The notes below the pieces were generated by a model. It had not been told where the DNA came from. It ran no database searches and saw only the letters and a program-made list of their open reading frames with translations. 49,645 nt of DNA. It comes from an uncultured Solibacteraceae bacterium. GTDB lineage: Bacteria > Acidobacteriota > Vicinamibacteria > Vicinamibacterales > SCN-69-37. Position numbers and translations under genes: made by a program. This document shows, piece after piece, positions 42,849 to 49,645 of the stretch; the stretch's first letter is position 1, and each line of letters begins with the position of its first letter. The DNA is taken from assembly GCA_964343975.1 (NCBI GenBank), contig CAYFLU010000005.1, positions 1 through 49,645 on the forward strand, read 5' to 3'.

Positions 42849-45800
42849 TTAGAAAATGTACTTCACGCCGAACTGCATCACTCGGCCATCCTGCGCCGAC
42901 GTGATCTTGCCGAAGTTCGCGGTGCCGATCGCGCCGCTCGGGTTGTTGAAGCGGATGTTGTTGAAGATGTCGAACCCTTCAATGCGGATCTGCAGGCGCT
43001 GGTTGCCGTGGAGCGCGATGTTCTTGAAGAGCGACAGGTCCGTCGACTGGTAGCCCGGCCCGCGGATCGTGTTGCGGCCCGCGTTGCCCGGACGATCTCC
43101 CGTGGCCGCACCCGACCGGCGCGTGAAGCACGAGGTGTCGAACCACTGATCCACCGTGTGCGGCGCGGCCGCGTTCGGATCGCACGTGGCATCCGGCCGG
43201 TTGGTGAGGTAGCGGATGGTGAGCACCGAATCCGTCACGCTCAGCGGGAAGCCCGTCTGCGCCTGGTAGATGCCGTTGAACTGCCAGCCGCCAAGCACGT
43301 ACTTCACGAACGGGTTGGCGTTGGCGAAGTCCGGCAGCTCGACACCGAAGCTCAGCACGAAGCGCTGGCGCACGTCGAACAGGGCATCGCCCCACTCGTA
43401 GGTCAGCGCGTTCTCGATCGTGGACGGATCGTTCATATCCACCGACAGCACCGGCCGCGGTTCGCCGCCGATGTTGAGACCCGACACGTGGTCCTGCGCG
43501 TGGCCCAGCGTGTACGACGCCAGGAAGTTGATGCCGTGCGTCGGCCGCATGCGGAGGCTGGCCTGGAGCGAGTCGTACTGCGACTTGGCCTCTGAGAAGG
43601 TCGGCCGCACGAGCGCGAACGCCGGCATGATGCGCGCGCCGGCCGTCGTCTGCCCGGCCGTGTAGACGCCCGGGTTCACTTCCATGAAGATCGGCAGGTT
43701 CCGGCCGCGCGAACCGACGTAGCCGATTTCCGCGCCCATGTTGTTGCCGATCTGCTGCTGGATCGAGATGTTGAAGTGCTGCGCGTACGGCGTCTTGAAG
43801 TCCTTGCCCCAGCCGATGACCGTGAGGCCCGCCGGGAAGTCCGCCGCACCGCCCGAGATCGCGTTGAGCGGGTTGGCGAACGTGATCGACGCCGGCGGCG
43901 CGTTCACTTCGACGAGCGGCGTGAACGGCGGCGCGAGCACGCCGTTCTGGAAGAAGTCGCCCTGCCCGGCCAGCGAGTCGTAGAAGATGCCCCACGCGCC
44001 GCGGATCGTCGTCTTGCCCTCGCCCTTCGGGTCGTACACGAAGTTGAAGCGGGGCGCGACGTTGTTCTTGTCCGCGTAGTAGGTGCCGGCCGGCGTGTCG
44101 ACGTCACCGGGGTACACGAGGCCCTTCGGCGCCGTCGGGTACACCGTGGACTGCTGGCCCGTGTGGAACGCGTTCAGCGCGTTGTTGCGATCCTGGAACG
44201 GAATCGCCAGCTCGTACCGGAGGCCGTAGCTCAACGTCAGGTGCGCGTTCACGCGCCATTCGTCCTGCGCGTACGCCGCATAGCTCCAGCCCCAGCCGTC
44301 CTGCGCCTGGTTCTTCGTGGTGCGACGGAACTGCGCCGGCAAGCCGAGGAGGAAGTCGGCCGCGGCGTTGCCCGTGATCGCGCCCGAGAACGTGAAGTCG
44401 CCGTTCGGACGGTTGATGAACGCGATGTACATCCCTTCGCGCCGCGCATCCACGCCGAACTTCATCGAGTGGTCGCCGCGCGTCCAGGTCACGTCATCGG
44501 TGAACTGGAACACCTTGTTCTCGCGCTTGACGAACGGCTGCTGCGCGTCACCCATGCCGTTGAAGCCGGTGATGGCGATCGACGCCAGGCCGGGCGCCAG
44601 GCTGTTGGTGTTCGGCACGTTGATGCCGTAGTCGAGGTTGTTGAGGCCCGACGTCTTCTGCGGCGTCGCCGAGATCCAGTTGTACGACACGCGCGCCACG
44701 TTGATCACGTGCGGCGTGAACACGTACGTATCCGACGCCATGAAGTCCTGGAGCGTCGCCTTCGCGTCCGTGCCGATCGCCTGCGTGGTCGGCGGCGTGA
44801 TCGCGTGCGTCTGCGTGTTGAGGTAGCGCGCGAGCACCGAGTGCTGGCTGCTCAGCTGGAAGTCCACGCGCGTGCCGAGCGAGTCGCGGTTGTCGACCGT
44901 CTCGGGTGCCACGAAATACTGCCCCGTGCCGACATTGGCGCGCGGCATGAAGTCGTTCATCAGCTTCAACGCGATCGGGCTGATGCGGCTCGCCGGAATC
45001 GTGTTGTTCGGGAACGCCACGCCCGTGAGCGGGTCCTTGATCGTCGAGGTGAACACGCCCGTCCGCTGCGCATCGCTCAGCACGTTGATCGTCGTCGTGT
45101 TGCCCTTCCGGTTGCGGTAGCCCTCGTAATAGGCGAACCCGAAGAACTTGTTCTTCATGATCGGCCCGCCGAAGCTCGCGCCGTACTGGTTCTGCTTCAG
45201 CAGCGGCTTGGCCTGGGTGGTCGGCACGAAGTAGTTGCGCGCTTGGAACTTGTCGTCGCGGTTGAATTCCCACACGCTGCCCGCCACGGTGTTCGTGCCG
45301 CTCTTGGTCGCCACGTTCACGACCGAGCCGGCGTTGCGGCCGTACTCGGCGCTGTAGGAGTGCGTCTGGATCTTGAATTCCTGAATCGCGTCGGGCGGCG
45401 GGCGCATGACGAAGCCCGTGTTGAACGTGTCGTTGTTGGCCGCGCCGTCGAGCAGGAAGTTGTTCGACTGGTTGCGCATGCCGTTCACGTTGAAGCCGCC
45501 GGTGGCGTTGCCGAACCCACCGGGCGTCGCATCGCCGTTCTGACCGCCGAGACCACTCGGCGGCGCGACGACGCCCGGGATCAGCGTGCCGAGCTGGGTG
45601 AAGTTGCGGCCGTTCAGCGGCAGTTCGACGACCTTCTTCTGATCGATCGTGATGCCGAGCGTGGCATGCGACGTCTCGACGAGCGGCGCCTCACCGCTGA
45701 CCGTGATCGTCTCTTCCTGTCCGCCGACCGACAGCTTGAAGTCGACGCGGGACGTGTCACCGACCGTCACCGACACGCCCTTGCGCAGCTGCTGCTTGAA

Positions 45801-46070
45801 GCCCTGCAGCGTCGCCTTGACGTCGTAGCTGCCCGGCTGCAACAGCAACACCGCGAAATAGCCGTCGGTGTTCGTGGTCGCGCTGCGGACCTGTCCGGTC
45901 GCGGCGTTGGTCACATCCACCGTGACGCCCGGCATGACGCCGCCCGTCTGGTCCGTGACGACGCCGGCCAATGTCCCCGTGGCCTGAGCGAACGCGGTTG
46001 CCGGCATGAGCCACAACAGCGCCGCCATGAGACACAACATCCCTACCAATGGTGCCCGTCTGATTGCCAT
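42849..46070 (-). CDS. TonB-dependent outer-membrane receptor with an N-terminal carboxypeptidase-regulatory-like domain
   Basis: The start is set at ATG 46070 (GGGAGGAG upstream). The signal peptide is MAIRRAPLVGMLCLMAALLWLMPATAFA. A CarbopepD_reg-like beta-sandwich follows (GTLAGVVTDQTGGVMPGVTVDVTNAATG...DGYF...GSYDV), then a long beta-barrel ending in the terminal aromatic ...MQFGVKYIF. Confidence 0.85.
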   Translation of the reverse strand: MAIRRAPLVGMLCLMAALLWLMPATAFAQATGTLAGVVTDQTGGVMPGVTVDVTNAATGQVRSATTNTDGYFAVLLLQPGSYDVKATLQGFKQQLRKGVSVTVGDTSRVDFKLSVGGQEETITVSGEAPLVETSHATLGITIDQKKVVELPLNGRNFTQLGTLIPGVVAPPSGLGGQNGDATPGGFGNATGGFNVNGMRNQSNNFLLDGAANNDTFNTGFVMRPPPDAIQEFKIQTHSYSAEYGRNAGSVVNVATKSGTNTVAGSVWEFNRDDKFQARNYFVPTTQAKPLLKQNQYGASFGGPIMKNKFFGFAYYEGYRNRKGNTTTINVLSDAQRTGVFTSTIKDPLTGVAFPNNTIPASRISPIALKLMNDFMPRANVGTGQYFVAPETVDNRDSLGTRVDFQLSSQHSVLARYLNTQTHAITPPTTQAIGTDAKATLQDFMASDTYVFTPHVINVARVSYNWISATPQKTSGLNNLDYGINVPNTNSLAPGLASIAITGFNGMGDAQQPFVKRENKVFQFTDDVTWTRGDHSMKFGVDARREGMYIAFINRPNGDFTFSGAITGNAAADFLLGLPAQFRRTTKNQAQDGWGWSYAAYAQDEWRVNAHLTLSYGLRYELAIPFQDRNNALNAFHTGQQSTVYPTAPKGLVYPGDVDTPAGTYYADKNNVAPRFNFVYDPKGEGKTTIRGAWGIFYDSLAGQGDFFQNGVLAPPFTPLVEVNAPPASITFANPLNAISGGAADFPAGLTVIGWGKDFKTPYAQHFNISIQQQIGNNMGAEIGYVGSRGRNLPIFMEVNPGVYTAGQTTAGARIMPAFALVRPTFSEAKSQYDSLQASLRMRPTHGINFLASYTLGHAQDHVSGLNIGGEPRPVLSVDMNDPSTIENALTYEWGDALFDVRQRFVLSFGVELPDFANANPFVKYVLGGWQFNGIYQAQTGFPLSVTDSVLTIRYLTNRPDATCDPNAAAPHTVDQWFDTSCFTRRSGAATGDRPGNAGRNTIRGPGYQSTDLSLFKNIALHGNQRLQIRIEGFDIFNNIRFNNPSGAIGTANFGKITSAQDGRVMQFGVKYIF

Positions 46071-46110
46071 CGCTCCTCCCGAACGATCGACTGTTGCTGA
46101 TGTATCGCTG

Positions 46111-46139
46111 CTTCTACAGAAAACGTGCAAGGTTGTCAA
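46111..46139 (-). promoter_or_regulatory. Promoter-like block upstream of the TonB receptor gene (TTGACA-N17-TAGAAG)
   Basis: The minus-strand sequence is TTGACAACCTTGCACGTTTTCTGTAGAAG. Its first 14 nt are identical to the block at 47693-47706. It ends 40 nt upstream of the start codon. Confidence 0.55.
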
Positions 46140-46153
46140 CATCACGCAAGGTT

Positions 46154-47635
46154 TCAGAAGGTGCGCGACCACTCCTTCGGCCAGCGCTCCACGACGACCT
46201 TCTTGTCCATGTAGAACTCGATGGCGTCCTTGCCCTGTGCGTGCAGGTCGCCGAAGAAGCTGCCCTTCCATCCCGAGAACGGAAAGAAGGCCATCGGCGC
46301 CGCGACGCCGATGTTGATGCCGATGTTGCCCGCGCGCGCCTCATAGCGGAACTTCCGCGCCGCCGCGCCGCTCGACGTGAAGATGCACGCCATGTTGCCG
46401 AAGGCCGACCGGTTCACCGCCGCGATGGCCGCGTCGAGCGTGTCCTGCGGCGACACCGCCAGCACCGGCCCGAAGATCTCGGTCGTCGCGACGGAGCCAC
46501 CCGGGTTGTCGACTTCGATGACCGTCGGTTTGAGGAAATGGCCTGAGGCGAGCGCGCCGCTCTTCGTGTCGCGGCCGTCGACGAGCACCTTGCCGCCGTC
46601 CTTCACGCCCTGCGCGATCAAACCCTCGATGCGCGAGCGGCTGTCGCTCGTGATCACCGGCCCCATCTCGGTCGACGTCTCGAGGCCGTTGCCGACCACG
46701 CGCGTGGCCGCCGTCTCGAGCATGCGCGGCGTGAAGGTCTCGCGCGCTTCACCAATCGGAATCACGATCGACGCGGCCAGACAGCGCTGTCCGGCGCAGC
46801 CGAACGCGGAGTCGGCGGCCATCTTGACCGTCATGTCCATGTCGGCGTCGGGCATGATGATGATCGGGTTCTTCGCGCCGCCCTGGCACTGCACGCGCTT
46901 CCCGTTCGCCGAGGCGCGCTGATAGATGTACTGCGCCACCGGCGATGACCCGACAAACGAGATCGCGCGCACATCAGGATGATCGAGCAGCGCGTCGACC
47001 GCCTCTTTGCCGCCGTTCACCACCGTGAGCACGCCCGGCGGCAACCCCGTCTTCGCGATGATCGACGCGAGCAGCGCCATCGTCATCGGCACCCGCTCAG
47101 ACGGCTTCACGACGAAGCAGTTGCCGCAGGCGATCGCGTACGGCAGGAACCAGAGCGGGATCATGCCCGGGAAGTTGAAGGGCGTGATGGCGGCGACGAC
47201 GCCGATGGGCTGGCGGATCATCATCTCGTCGATGCCGCTCGCGATGTCTTCGGCGTTGTAGCCGAGCGACATCAGCGGGATGCCCGCGGCCGTCTCGACG
47301 TTTTCAATGCCGCGGCGCATCTCGGCGCGCGCTTCGGTGAAGGTCTTGCCGCACTCGCGCGTGATCGTGCGGGCGATCTCGTCGAGGTTCTCCTCGAGGA
47401 GCATCTTCAGCTTGAAGAGGTACTGCACGCGCTCGGTGGCCGGTGTGCGCCGCCAGCCGTCGAAGGCCTGTGACGCGGTCGCCACCGCCGCGGCGACATC
47501 AGCCGCCGATGACATGGCCACGCGCGCGAGCGGCTCACCGGTCGCCGGGTTCTTCACCTCGACGAGCGCGCCGCCTGGCGTCTGCCACGTGCCGTTGACG
47601 AAATTGCCGATCGTATTGACGCGATCCCCACTCAT
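46154..47635 (-). CDS. mmsA: CoA-acylating methylmalonate/malonate-semialdehyde dehydrogenase
   Basis: Contains [29 protein letters not shown], the catalytic region [10 protein letters not shown], and the C-terminus [31 protein letters not shown] typical of MmsA. Start taken at ATG 47635. Confidence 0.85.
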   Translation of the reverse strand: MSGDRVNTIGNFVNGTWQTPGGALVEVKNPATGEPLARVAMSSAADVAAAVATASQAFDGWRRTPATERVQYLFKLKMLLEENLDEIARTITRECGKTFTEARAEMRRGIENVETAAGIPLMSLGYNAEDIASGIDEMMIRQPIGVVAAITPFNFPGMIPLWFLPYAIACGNCFVVKPSERVPMTMALLASIIAKTGLPPGVLTVVNGGKEAVDALLDHPDVRAISFVGSSPVAQYIYQRASANGKRVQCQGGAKNPIIIMPDADMDMTVKMAADSAFGCAGQRCLAASIVIPIGEARETFTPRMLETAATRVVGNGLETSTEMGPVITSDSRSRIEGLIAQGVKDGGKVLVDGRDTKSGALASGHFLKPTVIEVDNPGGSVATTEIFGPVLAVSPQDTLDAAIAAVNRSAFGNMACIFTSSGAAARKFRYEARAGNIGINIGVAAPMAFFPFSGWKGSFFGDLHAQGKDAIEFYMDKKVVVERWPKEWSRTF

Positions 47636-47677
47636 GCCCCGCACACTCCACTTGAAAGACGACGTTGATCGCGCACT

Positions 47678-47706
47678 GTCTTACAGGAAGCCTGCAAGGT
47701 TGTCAA
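47678..47706 (-). promoter_or_regulatory. Promoter-like block upstream of mmsA (TTGACA-N17-TAAGAC), abutting the divergent regulator start
   Basis: The minus-strand sequence is TTGACAACCTTGCAGGCTTCCTGTAAGAC. It ends 42 nt upstream of the mmsA ATG, and its 5' end lies 2 nt from the ATG at 47709 of the regulator on the other strand. Confidence 0.55.
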
Positions 47707-47708
47707 AC

Positions 47709-48590
47709 ATGGACCGATCCGGTACGATTCGGCTCGCACCGATGGCGAAGCGTAGCCGACCTGCCAAGACGTCGAAGCAAACACGGCGTGTCGGTCCGGC
47801 AACGTACGGGTTCCTCTCGGTGGGCCAGACCGCCCGCATTCTGGGGGTGAGTCCCTCCACCCTGCGCCTGTGGGAAAGCGTCGGGCTCGTCAGCCCCGCC
47901 CGCTCAAATGGGCGCTACCGTCTCTACAGCCCCGAACTCCTGAAGGTGCTCAAGCGCATCAAGTATCTGCGCGACGTGCAGCGCCTGAACGTGCCGGGGA
48001 TCAAGCGCGAGCTGGGCAAAAAGCCGCCCTCGGCGCGTGCCGCCGAGAAGCCCGCGCCCGCGCTCGGCCCCAAGCTGCGCGATCTGCGCCAACGCCGCGG
48101 CATGTCGCTCGCGGCGGCCGCCACCAAGGCCGGCATCTCCACCGGGTTTCTGAGTTCGCTCGAACGCGCGCACGCCAACGCCTCGGTCTCCACCCTGCAG
48201 CGCCTCGCGAATGCGTACGGCACCACGGTGATGGCGCTCTTCAATCAGCCCGCGCACCACGACCGGCTCGTGAAGCCGAACGAACGGCGCGTGCTCGAGG
48301 TCGATCCGGGCGTGCGCATGGAAGTGCTCTCGGTGGGCGCGCCGATGCTGCAGAGCATGCTCTTCCGCGTGGCGCCGCTCGCCGGGAGCGAAGGCACTTA
48401 CTCGCATCAGGGCGAGGAATTCATCTACATGCTGTCGGGCACGCTCGAGATCTGGCTCGACGAGCTCGACTGCTACGTGCTCCAGGCCGGTGACAGCCTC
48501 TGGTTCGAAAGCACGCAGGGCCACCGCTGGTTCAACCCGGGCGAAACGGAAGCCGCCCTCATCTGGATCAACACGCCGCCGACGTTCTAG
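47709..48590 (+). CDS. Transcriptional regulator with MerR-type HTH, XRE-type HTH and a C-terminal cupin domain
   Basis: The MerR-like part is FLSVGQTARILGVSPSTLRLWESVGLVSPARSNGRYRLYSPELLKVLKRIKYLR. The XRE-like part is LGPKLRDLRQRRGMSLAAAATKAGISTGFLSSLERAHANASVSTLQRLANAYGTTVMALF. The cupin part is YSHQGEEFIYMLSGTLEIWLD...GDSLWFESTQGHRWFNPG. The start is ATG 47709, or alternatively ATG 47742. Confidence 0.8.
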   Translation: MDRSGTIRLAPMAKRSRPAKTSKQTRRVGPATYGFLSVGQTARILGVSPSTLRLWESVGLVSPARSNGRYRLYSPELLKVLKRIKYLRDVQRLNVPGIKRELGKKPPSARAAEKPAPALGPKLRDLRQRRGMSLAAAATKAGISTGFLSSLERAHANASVSTLQRLANAYGTTVMALFNQPAHHDRLVKPNERRVLEVDPGVRMEVLSVGAPMLQSMLFRVAPLAGSEGTYSHQGEEFIYMLSGTLEIWLDELDCYVLQAGDSLWFESTQGHRWFNPGETEAALIWINTPPTF

Positions 48591-48606
48591 GCGGCCCTTC
48601 CCCACT

Positions 48607-49383
48607 ATGACGACGAACATCTTCAGTTTGCAGGGCAAGACGGCGATCGTGATCGGCGGCGCCTCCGGCATCGGCGAAGCGGTGACGCGCGGCGCCGTCG
48701 ACGCGGGCGCGCGTGTCGTGTGTCTCGACCTCAACGCCGATGCGGCCGCGCGCGTGGCTGAGAGCGCCGGCTGCGACAGCGGCGCGCTCAATTTCTGCGA
48801 CAGCGCCGCGGTGACCGCGGCCTTCGACGCCGTCGCCGCGACATACGGCGGTCTCGACATCGTGATCTGCACGCCCGGCGTGAACGTGCGCAAGCCGATG
48901 CTGCAGTACACCGACGAGGAGGCGCAGAAGGTCATCGACGTCAACCTCAAGGGCAACTTCAACGTGCTCCGGAGTGCCGGCCGCATCATGACGGCGCAGC
49001 GGCGCGGCGCGATCGTGCTCTTCTCGTCGATCCGCGCCGTCACGGTGGAACCGGGTCAGGGCATGTATGCGGCGACCAAAGCCGGCGTGCTGCAGCTGGT
49101 GAAGACGGCGGCGGCCGAGTTCGGTCCGTCGGGCGTGCGCGTGAACGCGATCGCGCCGGGCGTGATCGAAACGCCGCTCACCGCGCCGATCAAGGCCAAC
49201 GAGGGCTGGTACAACGCCTACGCCGCGAAGAGCGTGTTCAATCGCTGGGGCCGGCCGCAGGAACTCGTCGGCCCGACGCTCTTCCTCGCGTCGGACGCGG
49301 CGAGCTTCGTCACGGGCACGACGATTTACGCGGACGGCGGCTGGACCGCGGTCGACGGCCGCTTCACGCCGCCGGGGATGTAG
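48607..49383 (+). CDS. Short-chain dehydrogenase/reductase (SDR) family oxidoreductase
   Basis: Contains the TAIVIGGASGIGEA cofactor loop, the catalytic YAATKAGV (YxxxK), and PGVIETP. Confidence 0.85.
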   Translation: MTTNIFSLQGKTAIVIGGASGIGEAVTRGAVDAGARVVCLDLNADAAARVAESAGCDSGALNFCDSAAVTAAFDAVAATYGGLDIVICTPGVNVRKPMLQYTDEEAQKVIDVNLKGNFNVLRSAGRIMTAQRRGAIVLFSSIRAVTVEPGQGMYAATKAGVLQLVKTAAAEFGPSGVRVNAIAPGVIETPLTAPIKANEGWYNAYAAKSVFNRWGRPQELVGPTLFLASDAASFVTGTTIYADGGWTAVDGRFTPPGM

Positions 49384-49387
49384 CGCG

Positions 49388-49645
49388 ATGGCTCACCGGA
49401 TCGCAGTCATCGCCGGCGACGGCATCGGCCTCGAAGTGATTCCGGCCGGCATCGACGTCATCACGCGCGCCGCGAGCGCCACCGGCGCGTCGCTCGAGTT
49501 CACGCACTTCGAATGGGGCTCGGAGTACTACCTCCGCACGGGCAAGATGATGCCCGCCGACGCGCTCGACATTCTCAAAGGGTTCGACGCGATCTACCTG
49601 GGCGCCGTCGGCGGGCATCATCTTGCCCGTGCGGAGGTAGTACTC
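49388..49645 (+). CDS. Isocitrate/isopropylmalate dehydrogenase-family enzyme (tartrate / D-malate dehydrogenase-like), 5' fragment. The last ~35-40 nt are probably not authentic (see the fold-back finding).
   Basis: MAHRIAVIAGDGIGLEVIPAGIDVITRAA...FEWGSEYYLRTGKMMPADALDILKGFDAIYLGAVG matches my memory of the TtuC/LeuB-family N-terminus. After GAVG the sequence becomes the reverse complement of 49523-49562. Confidence 0.7.
   Translation, partial: MAHRIAVIAGDGIGLEVIPAGIDVITRAASATGASLEFTHFEWGSEYYLRTGKMMPADALDILKGFDAIYLGAVGGHHLARAEVVL
49523..49645. repeat. Perfect 40-bp inverted repeat (arms 49523-49562 and 49606-49645) ending exactly at the window end
   Basis: Base-by-base comparison: the reverse complement of gagtactacctccgcacgggcaagatgatgcccgccgacg is cgtcggcgggcatcatcttgcccgtgcggaggtagtactc, which is the final 40 nt of the window. 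Confidence 0.95.

Noticed and set aside
43776-46100. 774-aa ORF on the plus strand
   Set aside because: It lies opposite the TonB-dependent receptor gene (signal peptide, CarbopepD_reg domain, terminal Phe). Its composition is strongly Arg-rich.
1-49645. Search for rRNA, tRNA, tmRNA, transposase or integrase genes, prophage genes or known defence-system genes
   Set aside because: By eye I found no T-loop or acceptor-like tRNA signatures (GGTTCGAAT-type words occur only inside coding frames) and no rRNA-like conserved blocks. No ORF has transposase, integrase, nuclease, helicase or other defence hallmarks. GC content appears uniform, so there is no evidence for an island.

Overview
This is a high-GC (about two thirds G+C by eye) bacterial chromosomal segment. 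It is densely packed with roughly 34 protein-coding genes. The gene content suggests an Acidobacteriota- or Gemmatimonadota-like organism: many secreted peptidases, a ~1070-aa TonB-dependent receptor with a carboxypeptidase-regulatory-like N-terminus, a BNR/sortilin-like protein, and CACGGAG-type intergenic repeats. That placement is inference only, because no database search was possible.

Confidently recognisable genes are an ALDH7-type dehydrogenase, dut, glgP, an HtrA/DegP protease, asnS, rimO, the rimP-nusA-infB-rbfA-(DHH/NrnA-like)-truB block, an mmsA-like dehydrogenase, two DmpA/S58-family peptidases, S9, M24 and M20 peptidases, two large sensor kinases, and a split-B12-domain radical SAM protein. 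I saw no rRNA, tRNA, CRISPR array, transposase, integrase or phage genes. Most long ORFs on the track that lie opposite these genes are Arg/Ala/His-rich antisense artefacts of high GC.

The main items worth a second look are:
- A minus-strand uptake and peptidase locus (mmsA, TonB receptor, DmpA-like, M20, Na+/solute symporter). A near-identical TTGACA-containing promoter-like block occurs twice in it, next to a divergent regulator that fuses MerR, XRE and cupin domains.
- Two unrelated intergenic repeat families built from 8-nt modules: a 21-bp-phased GTGCGAA array, and ~47-bp CACGGAG-triplet plus mini-hairpin units present at two loci.
- A radical SAM protein with CX4CX2C cysteine spacing, separated by only 4 nt from a DmpA-type peptidase gene.
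- A His/Asp-rich tract in IF-2.
- A perfect 40-bp fold-back at the right window end, which looks like an assembly artefact.
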